Shown piece after piece: positions 25,522-37,465 of a DNA stretch of 64,000 nt. The notes under the pieces were generated by a model. The model worked only from the letters and a program-made list of their open reading frames with translations, searched no databases and was not told where the DNA came from. The position numbers and the translations under genes were made by a program. The DNA is from Klebsormidium nitens (lineage: Eukaryota > Plantae > Klebsormidiophyceae): contig DF237286.1 of NCBI GenBank assembly GCA_000708835.1, positions 36,831 to 100,830 on the forward strand, in the 5' to 3' direction. Position 1 is the first letter of the stretch. Each line of letters begins with the position of its first letter.

Positions 25522-26190
25522 ACCCGCGTATTTATCTGACAGCTTACCACGTGGAACACATGACACGCGTGTCAAAATCGACCAATCGTTGCTTGTTTTG
25601 AAGCGCGGTTCACGCTAGTATGATGACAGTTCCTGATCGTGCATCATGGCCCAAACCATGGGTTACACGGGGGTACGTTACACGGGTTGATGAGAGCGGT
25701 TCACAGAGACCACCGAGCGTATTGCCTAATAGACCTAGGTGATCGGAGCTGCCTGCGTAAGTTAACCCTTGGTCCCAATTGTCAGTTGGGAATCGGGCTA
25801 GGTATTCTGTAAATTAATGAATTCCGCCGTCTCACCAGGGTTTCCGACCCACAGCCGGCAGCTACACTTGGACCTGGCCGGCCGAGAAGAGACCCCGGCC
25901 GGTGCCGAAGGCACCCTGCCGGCTGGTCAGCCGGCAGAAAATGCAGGCGCTTAGTGGGCTCAGCCGGCCGGTAAACCAAACATGCTGGCTACCGAGCCGG
26001 CAGAACCGGGGGGGCGCCGGCAGCTGGCCGGCCGGGACAAAAGTCCGTTGGAAACCCTGGACCGTCTCACCGTCTCAGCCGAGCTAGTATTTGAGTACGT
26101 AACAAAACGTCAGCACCTGCCGGGTGGGGCATTCTGATTGGCTTTTGTATCGGTCAATTCTTCGCAAGCGGGACGCGGCGTCACTTCAGG
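25522..26190 (+). promoter_or_regulatory. Conserved upstream non-coding blocks of symporter copy 2 (G-box at 25547-25554), interrupted by an insertion
   Basis: Same ordered blocks as 15130-15410, with extra sequence including a MITE between the G-box block and the tacgtaacaa/CCAAT blocks. Confidence 0.55.
25836..26059. mobile_element. ~224-bp hAT-like MITE
   Basis: TIRs cagggtttccgac (25836-25848) and gttggaaaccctg (26047-26059), 1 mismatch. GC-rich interior with many gccggc motifs. The 8-mer ccgtctca sits at the left flank and twice at the right flank, offset by 1-2 nt, so the TSD is imperfect. Confidence 0.7.
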
Positions 26191-26430
26191 GGCCCTCACT
26201 TCAGTCTCAGATAGGTATTATAATGAGTCAGGAATCAGGATACTCGCCAGCCTGCGCAGTGCACTGCAGTGCACCCCATGGCAGCAGCGCAGGACAGCTG
26301 GTGTATGCTAAGTGCTTGTACCGGTACAGAGTTCGTCACTTGTACCCACCGGCCGGAAAGCCGGAATTAGCAGTCTTCTGGCCACGGACCAGGCGTTTAG
26401 TAAAACCGACTCAACGTAAAATCACGTCGG

Positions 26431-26710
26431 ACAACATGCCATATGCAAGCTGAGAAGACTATAAGTATGTGTCCATGCCAGTAATGACATCGGCGTTGGA
26501 ACTTCAACTTGGCATATGCCATGTTTTGACTTTGAATAGAGAGACGTACGTCTTTATAGATCTAAGTTTATAGCTCTTCGAAGTCGTCAAATCATGCAGA
26601 AAATAGATATTTGATTGTACTCCTGAACGGGTCTCGAACCCGTCCGAAGACATATCCGCTGTACGTTTGGGCATATTGGCATGTTGTTTCAGAGATATAC
26701 CATATGCCAA
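26431..26710. repeat. Short inverted-repeat (foldback-like) segment rich in GCATATGCC motifs
   Basis: acaacatgccatatgc (26431-26446) is the near-perfect reverse complement of gcatattggcatgttgt (26671-26687). ttggcatatgcc (~26509) pairs with ccatatgccaa (~26700). Confidence 0.5.
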
Positions 26711-27266
26711 CTGTGACTTATGAGTTTCATGCCGAAGGTCATATGCCACTACCAGCTATGCCTGGTCCTGGGCCCGGAAATGCTGCTGTCCATGCCAGTA
26801 ATTTAGACAGTGCAGCTAGATCGCTTCATTGACAGGGCCTGCTCATGGTGCTGATCAGTGCACCGCATGCCACTGCATACTATCAGCACTGGCGACGACT
26901 TCCTACCTGCATTTGAGGCGTGGGAAAATACAGCTGCTTCTGTAGCAATAATTGAATGCCACAAGGGGCGCACAATGTGGCCTTCTCGTTACGTAACTAC
27001 GGCCAGTTATGCAATGAATCCTTTAAGCTGAGGAAGCCAAATTAACGATCGCCATGAGCTGCTGAATGAGCTGAACAAACTGCCAGAAATACCGTAAAAG
27101 CATTCACCCAGTACTGCGAAGGAGCTGACTGCCCCAACATATCCAGATTGTGGCAACCAGCCAGTGCGCCCTTGTTGATTCGCATGAGCCATTGAGAGAG
27201 ACTCGCCGTGAGCTGCTCAGCTCCAGACGCGCGCCGCCAGCATATCTGAGCCCACAAAACATCGCA

Positions 27267-30200
27267 ATGGGGGAGGGACATGAGTTCCCAGGTAAGTTCG
27301 AACTGCCTTTGTTTGCAGATTCCTGTTGGATGTTACTGACTCGTGCCGATGTAGAGTTACACCATTCTTGTGCTGATCTATTGATGTCCAGCTCCTTACT
27401 TTTCTGGTGCATATTATTCTGGTGCATATTACACGAGGTGGATTGTCAAGTCTTGACAAAGCACCTGAATCCTAGCTGTCTCTTCTTACTACAGAGAAGG
27501 GAAGAGATTGACATGACTTGAAATGGAAAACCTGCTCGATCCTAAGTATTGGACCTGTACACAAGCTTTGTGGTTGTTACATCACCAGCAGGGGGCTGAA
27601 ATCTGGCAGATGAAGAAGAACCTTCAAATGTGGACTTTGAACGATCCTGATTTACCTCACCAAGTGTTCTTCAGAGCTTATTGTGTTGTGGTGGCTAGGG
27701 CTGGCCTTATGCCTCCTTCCTACTAAGAAGTTGTCCTCATGTTCCACAGTCTTTGACACAACAAACGCAAAGAACGCCGTGGAACGGCTGGACCTCACCG
27801 GGAAACGCCGCAAATATGGTCCCAGGACGAAGAAGTGGATGGCGTTCAAGAACAAGCTTGTTCGCAAGGAGAATCTCATCTTCTTCACCATCGCTGGGGT
27901 TTCCGGTGGGATTGCCATCGGAGCCGGGCTGTACACCTCCAAGCCAAGCCCAAGGGCTATCGAGTTGATTGGTAAGGGACTTTTGAGCCTTCAGATTAAC
28001 AGTTACTTTACACTTTGCAGCCTCTATTGGACACCTGCGCTGCACTCTCTCAAAATGATCAATGTGATTGCAAGCTCCTTCAAGACGATCTTTTGATTGC
28101 CCCCATGATACCGGTTCGATGCGGCCTCTACAAAATCTGCAAGCTTGTGTCTGAGGCCTGATTGGAAGCAACCAGAGCTAGCGCATTGGGCCTATGCGAG
28201 GCAGTCCTTTGGTACGACCGGAGCAGTGAGCTCAATCAATATGATCAGAGGAACTGATGGAAAAAGACACCCTGAGCCCTTTGTTTGCATGCATCTGCAC
28301 CATTTCGCAGTCTCAAGGGGAGCTAAATTCTGCAGGGTACCCGGGTGAATTGTTCCTGAACGGGCTGTCAGAGCTTGTACTCCCCCTAGTAGCGTTGGCG
28401 CTGATGACCGGAGTGATGAGCCTGCGGCACACAACAAGCGGGTGAGGGCCTTTGTAAAACTGAGGCGCGGTTCCAGATGGTCACGCACTGAGAAACTCGA
28501 TCCAGCACTAGTAGGAAAGAGAAGGCGAAATTGACCTTTGAGATTCATTCTTTCATTTGCGGATCCTGCTCGACAAGTCCAAGCCCCCCTTTGACCAGTT
28601 CAAAAGTTGCAACCATCTCAATCGACCTTCAAGGTTTGTGGGGATGTTAATCTGCCTTCCTGCATCCTTCCAGGGCTGCAAACATTGCCAAGTGGGCCAT
28701 GATGTACTACTTCACTTCCATGTTCCTTGCAGTTGGCCTTAGTAAGCCTTCTGCCTCGGTTGTGCTTGTTTCTTCTTCTTCATCCTATCTGATCTTGGTA
28801 GGTGAATACCGAAATAGCAGAATACCGGAATACCAGAAGCCCCAGTGGAGGAATCCTTTATTGCAGCTTCTTCAAAGGAACAGGCCAAAGCCACTTCTTT
28901 TGCCACCTCTGTTGCAACGACTCGAGTCTATGTTGCCCTAGAAGATTCATGACCCTGGCAGGCTTGTGGGTGTGTCCGAGTCAACACCACCAGGTGCATC
29001 TCCCCATTTTGTCACTATATATGTGCATCCAATATAATCATGTGATAACCAGTCTCTCCTACTATGTTTGTTCGTGGTCAGCACCAGGAATCCGGTGGCT
29101 TCCTTTATAAAATCGTCCTCCTTGAAAGTTGAATCGAAATTAATCTTTCTTGACAGGTGTTGCGCTCGTGTATGCAATCAGGCCTGGGTCGGGCCGACCC
29201 TTTGGCAACGGGGATTTGACGCAGTGCGGCAAGGCCAAAAACTCTACCGTCGCTAACTCAGTGTGAGCTCTGAAGGCTTATCTCGTTGTGGTCGGAGCTG
29301 ACCGTTTATTGGAAGCCTTGTCGAGCTTTGCAGATGATCTCGTGGACGATGGACATTATTCGAATTAGGAACACTGCCAAAGACATTCTGGAGTCGCTAC
29401 TCAATACACAAGCCTGTCTTTTGTTTCTGCACTTCTTGCCAAGGCCTACCTCAGCTGTATTAGGTGCTTCAGAGGACCTTTTCAAGACACTTTCGTCTCC
29501 GTGTCATCGAAGGAAAAGCTCACACATCTGCCACCGCTGTCAGCTTGATCGCAGGCCGATCAAATGACCTACAGCTCATTCATCCCTCGTAGTAGATGGC
29601 TTTCATTATCTCCCGGCCTGCTTCTCTTCCCGAAGGAATATAACCAGGGGTGAATGAACTCGACGAAGCAAGCTCATAACTTTCAAAGCGTGTTTCTTCA
29701 GGAGCACCTCAGCCGGCGATGCCGTGGAGTCACTGTTGAACCTTGGAAGGAGCATGTTTCCCAGCAACATCGTAAGCAGCTCCTCAAAGCCACCTGTGCA
29801 GAACTCGCTCGAATCCTTCTCGGTGACAATCAGAAACTCATCAAGCCTGATTGTCTTTCTTCGAAGCATTTGGAAGAGCCTTATAATCATACCCCTCCAC
29901 TTCAAGGTGGTGCTTCATTTTACCACTGGCATGCGGCCCTTTGTTCGTTTGAAATGGTACGTTCGAACACGTGTTAGCTGTCCAAGTGCTTCCGATTTGG
30001 AATCCATCTTTACGTTATCTCCTGGTGCTTGATTACAGGTTGTAGCATCCTACGGCAACAACTATCTTGGTAAGCTTTCGGCTTCCATCAGACCGAGTCT
30101 GACCTGTCCTTTCAAAATCTGCCGAACTCGATTCCCTGCACAAATCCAATCCCCTCATATTGCCAGTCAGCGTGGACAGCCACTCTTGCAGAGCAGCCTG

Positions 30201-33200
30201 TGCGCTCCAGACCTGGTCATATTTCTATATTGTTTGCCAAGCGTCTCCCTTGACCGAAATCGACAGGGTTTCGTACGTTCTCTACAGCCGAAAAGTGTAG
30301 CGGCTGTTCCAGACCGTTCCGAAGTCTGTCTTTCCAGGGTCCGTACGTTCCTGTTTGTATGCAGTCGCGGAACCGACTCAAACGTTAGGTTCAGAACTCC
30401 TCCGTGAAAAGATTACTTTCATCCTTGACAGAAGTCGGACGGCAGTCTGTTCCTGACAAAGTATCGCTTTTTCTGCAGGGGTTATGGTGTTCTCCATCTT
30501 CTTTGGGGCCGTCCTCATCAGTCTGGGTAAGAGGTCTCGATCACGAGAAGCTACTTCCGATGCCGCCGGGCTTCATCATAGTTAGCAGACTTATCTCTTC
30601 AAAAGCGTTCTCGCTTCACAGATTGCTGTCCATTCTCGGCTGAAAAATTTCAACGAATAAACGTTCGTTTGTTCAGCAAGATGGCCTGTTCAAGCGTGCT
30701 TCTAGAATCGGTTTGCTCACGCAGTCACGGTTGGCTGAGTTGCGCTTAAGCTTGTAAATCGCAGGCCTTTGCCTCCACGGATAAGCACAAAGTACGACTG
30801 CAATCAGCTTGAGTTCTCGCAGCAATTTGCATCCTGAGTTCTAAAGCAGAAGAGGTTCATTCGACTTCTGGTTGGGAAGTCCATGTTCTGTAAGCTTGTC
30901 TGCTCGCACAGTCGGGTCTCCTTTTCCTCATGCAAGTCGACGACTCTACTCCGATCTGGACCCATGATCCTGTCCAAAGATAGAGGTGCTGCAATGCCAT
31001 GAATGATACAAGCAGATCACGGTTAACGGAAGCATCTTGTTCAACCTTATGGAACCATGTTTCTTGCTGCAGGTCCAATGGCTGAGCCTCTGATCAAGGT
31101 GATTGAGATCGCTAACGACACCATCATGGGCATGATTACGCTCGTCATCTGGCTGACGCCAATTGGCGTCGGGTCATTGGTCGCGGGGTTCATCCTCAAG
31201 GCGTGCAACATCACGGCCGTTCTCAAGGCCCTGGCCAAGTACGTCGCGACGGTTTTGGCAGGTGGGATTCAATCCGGTGGAAATCTCGGTTCTCTGTAAG
31301 AGCTCAAATTGCGTCCCGAAAGCAGATTGGCAGGAATGGTCGTCCTTTGCTAATCGCTACACTCTTTCAGATGAGCAATCTGGTTCAAGGCTCGTCGAAT
31401 GTAGGCGCGCAGATTGTTGCTTCAAAGCACTGACAGGTTTGTCAGAGTACCGACCGCTTCTGGGGATGCAATGAAGGTCGAAGGCCTAGAGAATGCACCA
31501 TTCATGCGACTCTCCCCGTCTTGCGTGTGTATTCAGAAGTCGTTTCTTGGATTCCGACTCATTTCGTGTGCTCTGTGATGCAGGATTCGGAATTCACCTC
31601 TTTATATTCCTGCCACTGACCTGCTTAACCTTCTCGGGGATCAATCCGCTGAGAGTCTTCAGGTAAGTCCCCACCGCTGCGTTGCGGCAGCGCATGCTCT
31701 CGATCCATAGCCTCTGAAAAAGGGTCTCGAAAAGCCCTTTCTCAATTCACTTTGTTCCTGATTGTTGCTTCAGATGAGGCCTAGCGTGCTTACCAGATTC
31801 TAAGTTGCATGGAACCTCTGCTGTTTGCTTTGCCCCTCGTGCCGATCATTGAGGGACTCGTAAATAGGACGGCGAAAGAGCTACGTTGGTATCGCCCAAT
31901 CGAAATCCTTGCTTCTGAGAAACCTAAAGAGTCTGCTCGAGGCTCAAGGAATCGCATGGTCTTGGCTCGCGCCTTTTAATATCGGTCAAGCGTTCCTTGG
32001 TCCTCTGTATTGATTTATGCAAAAGGGAGATGTAACACTGTTTCCTAGTTGCTTCAAGTGTCCTGGTTGTATGTTCTCCTGCTGCTTTCCTTCGCCTCAC
32101 TGGCCCGCCCGTCTTTACTTTCCTCGCTAGAAATTTGCAGCTGAGGGACGAGTATTTGGTTCTGAATTGCAGAAGCAGCCATTCCAAACCCGGCCTGTCT
32201 GACTGGGGTGCAAAGAAACACTGTGCCTGGCTAAGTTTTAAGTTCAGTGAAGCCGAGTAAGCAGGCCAGATCAAGAGCCAGAGCTGGAATCCTTTCCTCT
32301 CCTTACTTGCAGGGCATTCAGCCCGGCCCTGTTCCTTGGCTTCGGAACGGCTTCGAGCGCAGCCACCATGCCGGTCACCATGCAGAACGCAGAGGACTTT
32401 GGGGCGGAGTCCAGCATCGTCAAGTTCGTCGTTCCGCTGGGAACCAACTTCAACAGGCAAGGCTTTTCGATCCGGAATCTTGGGTGATGGAGAAGTCTCT
32501 GCTCCCTTTTGCCTCTGCAGTAGAACAAGGATTGTCCTCTCCGAACTACGATCACAACTTTTGCACAGGTATGCAGAAATCTGCAAGCGAAGCTGAGATT
32601 CATGTTATGACAAGCGAAGTCAAAGGTGGATGGCGACAATTTCACGCTGCCTGCTCAAATTCCGAACGAGCTGAACGTCTGACCGTATGGGGTGGCGACT
32701 CCTCCGAATGAGCTGAACGTATGGGGTGGCGACTCGTCATCATGCGCGCGCTGCCCGCGCGCTGATTATGAAATCAGCGCTCCGCGTATGCCCTTTTCTA
32801 AGACGGCTTCCTCTGATTATGCTGCAGAGATGGTGCAGCTCTCTATGAGGCCACGTCTGCACTCTTCATTGCTCAGGTGACGAAGACCAGTCCGTCCTTG
32901 ATATCTATTGCTTCCAGCGTACTTTAGTGCCTGTCCATAATTGCAACTTCGGCAAACGGCATGTTGCCTGATGGAGCCATTATCCTGCTCGAGTCTGCTT
33001 CGCATTGTTTTGCGTCGTTGAGGTGACAACATCTGGTACGACCGTGCTGGGGTAGGCTAGTAACGTTCTGGGAGCGGATTTACTACTGTACTTCGCCTTT
33101 GCTTCCACTTTCAACACCTGATGGATTTGCAAGTGCGGGCCTTTCCAGTACTTGGTTCAACTTCTTTCGTTGCTTTTTGCTTCGGTAGAAACACAGCAAG

Positions 33201-35320
33201 CGGTACCTTCTGTCAGGCTGGTCTCGATTAGGGTGGAAGTCACGGTCTTTTCTATTCCTTTGAGACGCTCTCGGTCTATCAGGAAGGGTCGCTCGACTTC
33301 TAACAAACCTCTCGCCGCACTATCTTGAAAGGGAGAATTTGACCCGAGGCAGAACGGAGCTCTACCGGTGAACCCTAGGATTGCTTCTCCTGACAGTGGA
33401 AGCGAGGCCTGGAGGGAACACTCGAAGTGTTCCCTTCTGCCGTTGTGAGTCGGCGTGTCCGAAGAAAAGTAGGAAATCTTTGAGACGGGGGATGACATAG
33501 AGGCTGCAATTCTTATCACGTTTGTTTGTGTCTCTGCAGGCCCATGGCGTCAAGCTGAGCGTGGGAAACGTCATTGTGCTGGCGATCACCGCTACCCTGG
33601 CTGCCATTGGATCGTAAGCACGGCGTCCGCTTTCTGATGGATTATGGTTTTAGCATATCCTCAGCCGGTCTGAATCTTAACCAGTCACGCACGCGAACCA
33701 CAGCTTGCTTCGCGCGCTCCGATTCTTCAAATGTTTTATGCCATTTCTAGGACTCTTCGTATCCAGCTCTGTCGGTGCCCAAGGTGAGAAGCTTTTGATC
33801 TGAGGCATGCGCCCGGGAAGGTCTTTCGGTCTCCGTTCAAGTACATTCATGCAAACAGGACCGGAAGAAGAGTGGTTCCAGTTTGGAAATATGTGACGCG
33901 TTTATAAGTTTCTGAGTGCCGTTGAAGAAGCTCGAGCAATGTTGCTGTCCTGTAGCGATCTGAAGCGGTGGATCTGGCTTACCCAGCCACTTCGGACGTT
34001 GCCGGGTAGGCAACGATGTACCCTGTGCTAAGCTATGAAAATCGTAAGCTCTGCGTCACCCACTTTCTTTGCCGGGTATGGGGTTGTTCAGGACTGCGGC
34101 GGGCTCCGACCTCTTGCATGACCAATGTCATAATTTAAGCGACTGACAGCATCTCGCTTATGGCTCTGCAGCGCCTCCATCCCAAACAGCGCCATCGTAA
34201 CTTTGATCACCGTGCTCCGGGTGAGGACACCTTCTTCTGGCATTACGGCCACCCTAAATTGAAGTTTTAGGCAAACGTTTCGGAGATGATCCCCGCAGAA
34301 GAGAAGTGTTTTCCAAGATTTTGGTCGTGCACTGCTTTTCGACCTCCCGTCGGTCATTCAAAGACAGTGGGTGCGAAGCTGTCGAGTGCGTGGATCGGAA
34401 ACTTTGTCAGTGCCACGTTTTCTTTGCCTTTCTCTGAAAGCGTTTATTGCATCATACTCTGGGAGTGTATGGGTAGAAGCCGCCCAGACCACGGAATCTG
34501 AGCACGCGCAGCGCATAAGGCACCCTTTTGACAGTAGTCGGTCTGTGTTTTTACCCGATTTTGCAAGCCGAGTCAGAACTGAAAAAGGGTACGAGCAGGA
34601 GCACTCGGTAGGCCTGTAGAGCCAGTGATGTCATCGAATCAGCTTCTCTCACACTGTGTACGTAATGAGTCCCAAATAGGCCGACTTTCGACGTCGGCGG
34701 ACTGGAAGAGTGTTTTCGGTACAGCCCTGCTTTGTGAAACATACCTGAAAGGACCTTGGCTCTGTGGTTACAGGCTGTCGGTCTAAGCCAGTACGTCGGA
34801 GACATCTCGGTGCTCATCGCCGTGGACTGGTTCTTGGGGATGGCCAGGACTTCCGTCAACATCTTTGGTAAGCCTTGATTGCAAGCAAGGCATGAATGAA
34901 TAATTGTATGCTCAAAGCTGCAGGTTCTGCTCATATTTGTGTTCGATCCACGATGCCTCACAAGTTCGACGCATGTCTCTGCATGTCGCCAGTTTCTTCA
35001 GGCCACAGGAAAGTTGTCCGTGTAGGTTGTCCTTACCCGCTTGTTTCGTAAGGTGCTTCGGTTTGTCCTCTTTCCAGTCAGCCAGTCCGGATAGCTGGCG
35101 GGTAAAGATGGAAGCCTGCTCGATTCGCAAGCTTGTCTTGTTCGACACCAAAAAGTTGCTTAATCCTAGGTGCCCATTTGCAGGTGATGCCTGCGCTGCC
35201 ATTATCGTGGACAATTGGTCTAGGCGCCATGAGGCGTGGAAGATCAAGAATGCGGACAAGTTGTACGAAACGGACTCGGACGTCGAGGACGGGCCTGCGG
35301 TTGACAAAACGGAGGCTTGA
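27267..35320 (+). CDS. Dicarboxylate/amino acid:cation symporter (DAACS/SDF, SLC1/GltPh-like), copy 2, 16 exons
   Basis: Exons 27267-27291, 27750-27971, 28336-28441, 28674-28741, 29157-29262, 29702-29771, 30039-30069, 30479-30526, 31073-31261, 31584-31662, 32313-32456, 32828-32876, 33540-33613, 34172-34220, 34774-34867, 35184-35320. Internal exon lengths are identical to copy 1 and the same family motifs are present. Confidence 0.95.
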
Positions 35321-36563
35321 TCGACGGGGAGGAAAAGAATGTGTAGTAGTAACGAGACCGACTTCTAACTTCGATGGGGGTCAGTGTTCTGGGTGTATCT
35401 TATAAGGAGGTCAAGTGACGGCAGCCGACTGATTTCGGAAGAAGACGCGTGTGTTTGTAAGGTTGTGCCACTACGAGGGGGGGGTGGATGGGCACGAGAT
35501 GACTGGATCGTGGTCAGCGCAGCCGCTCCAATCTGGTTTTCATAAGTACGGGCATTGATCTCAGCGTTAATGGACTCTTTCTTAGCGCCGCAGCAAGTGC
35601 AGCTAGAGGCTTCGAACCCTCCAACAAATAGTCTGTAGTATTGTATGCTTTCTAAGGTCAATATAGGAGAGTAGGAGCGTGAACGTCTTTACTGATGTAT
35701 ACCCCTAACGTCGACACAGAAGCTCGACGGTCAAGGAAATGCAGGTGTAGTTCCTTATCTAGGAAGCACGTGGTGGACTACCATCGGTGGTCCTGATAAA
35801 TTTGCATTAGGGTCAAATTGCATTTGAGAATTTGACTTAGTAGAAGTACTAAGAGGTCAAAGCGTTGTCAATCGAAACGAGCGTTGAATTGAGGGAGTAT
35901 GAGGGGGGTATATTACAAAGTACAAATTATATAAGTTGCACGTTAGAAGCCAAAAACTGTGCTGGGCTTATCAGGGTTTTCTGAAATAACCAAAATATGC
36001 CTGCTCCAAGCTCGCGTGCCAGTGGCTGTTGTAACAACATCAATGTTTGTCAAAACTGCAACAGCAGCGGCAATATGAAGCCTCTGAGAATTGATGTGCG
36101 TCCCAAACAATTTCACGATGACATATGACGTCGCTCTGGTTTACTCGAGGCAATTCTCTATTATATGGCAACAATGCTCAAGCCAGCCTATAATAGATCA
36201 ATCGAGAGAATTTGGAACTCAAAAGGTATAAGAATATATGCAAGTATTTTACACCTTGTACAAAACTCGTACAAAAGGATGTCTCCGCGCATGCTCGAAT
36301 TGCATACATGAAGCAAAAAGTAGGTAACGATCTGCACTGTTAATTCAGAAATTTGAAAGCTCCTTGAACTTGTCCATTCTAGCTCATCGGCCACAAGATC
36401 GAAGGTTCCCTGTGCACTGCGGTCTTGAGTGCATGTCTCATGTGGTCATGTCGAACAACAAAAATCTCTGAAAGTTGCCTGACTTTGCATTCAAAAACAG
36501 AACTCCGATCGCTCCGAATGGAAGATCTAACTGAACTCCGAATGAGCCAAATGGAAGACCAAT

Positions 36564-36569
36564 AAAAAA
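36564..36569 (-). terminator. RNA polymerase III terminator (T6) after tRNA-His
   Basis: A6 run on the + strand, 2 nt past the tRNA discriminator base. Confidence 0.8.
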
Positions 36570-36571
36570 GG

Positions 36572-36643
36572 TGTCGCTGCTGGGATTCGAGCCCAGGTTT
36601 TCACGGCCACAACGTGAGGTACTAACCACTATACGACAGCGAC
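36572..36643 (-). tRNA. trnH-GUG: tRNA-His (GTG), cytosolic plant type
   Basis: GTCGCTG/CAGCGAC acceptor stem, TCACG-TTGTGGC-CGTGA anticodon arm, CTGGG-CTCGAAT-CCCAG T-arm (C54 as in plant cytosolic tRNA-His), discriminator A. Confidence 0.95.
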
Positions 36644-36663
36644 TTCGGCCTTCAGCGACCAGA

Positions 36664-36736
36664 TTGACCTGGTCGGAATCGAACCCGGGAATATGGGTTC
36701 GGAGCACAACGCTCCAGCCAATTGAGCTAACCCAAA
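36664..36736 (-). pseudogene. Decayed tRNA-shaped element (CCG at the anticodon position) 20 nt upstream of tRNA-His
   Basis: 73 nt with intact D-stem (GCTC/GAGC), A-box TAGCTCAATTGG, loop CT-CCG-AA and B-box GGTTCGATTCC at tRNA spacing. Acceptor, anticodon and T stems are largely unpaired. Confidence 0.65.
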
Positions 36737-36816
36737 CAGCGGATCCTCTTTCGCGGTACTAGCTGTATAAACCATTTCATTGCAGCCTGCAGCCTGCAGG
36801 CGGTTCGATTCCTCAA

Positions 36817-37465
36817 CAGGGGTTCTGGCGCCGTGCAGATCGCCGTGCATAGCACGGCCGGGGGAATTTCTGCACGGCCGGACGAAGCCCGCCGTGCAGA
36901 ATGCCGTGCAGGCCCGGTGCCCTTGTTCTCGCCAGTTGTCCCGCTGGCCGGGCACTCTCCGTCGACGGCAGTACTCCAGAGTCTCGAAAAACCTGATAAA
37001 TCGAGTACGTATAGGTATTCAGGGCACGTTTGTCCTGCTATAGGACTCCTTTATTTGACCCGGCCCGGCTTTACAGAACCAAAGCCCCCTTGAATCACTC
37101 CCGCAACCTTACTATCGTGTAAGGCGGTCGATGGAACCTTTTGGACGGTGTGGATCGTTTAGCAAGGCTAAAATGCCTCGCAGAGATTTTAAAGGGGGTT
37201 TTGAAGGAAGCCTGGATTGCAGCATTTAATATGAACGGGGTATCAACGTCGTATCCCGTTTGATATCTGTCATATGGTACGGAAACGCCCAATATCAACG
37301 TCACCGAATAGCAGGCCGTAAATGGTTTGCAGCGTCAGGGGGGAAAAGCCCGGGCATAGTCATGGGGTCGGGGCTCTCAGCTGCACGGCCGGCAAGGCCG
37401 CTGCAGGGCCGGGCGGAGCCCGCCGTGCAGAATGCACGGCCGGAAAAAATTTGCTAGAACCCCTG
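36817..37465. mobile_element. 649-bp non-autonomous hAT-type element (MITE)
   Basis: TIRs caggggttctggc / gctagaacccctg (1 mismatch), perfect 8-bp TSD ttcctcaa (36809-36816 and 37466-37473), multiple subterminal gccgtgca/tgcacggc repeats at both ends. Confidence 0.92.

Noticed and set aside
36664-36736. Functional tRNA-Arg(CCG) or permuted tRNA
   Set aside because: Acceptor, anticodon and T stems do not pair, and I found no complementary half nearby to form a permuted or split tRNA.
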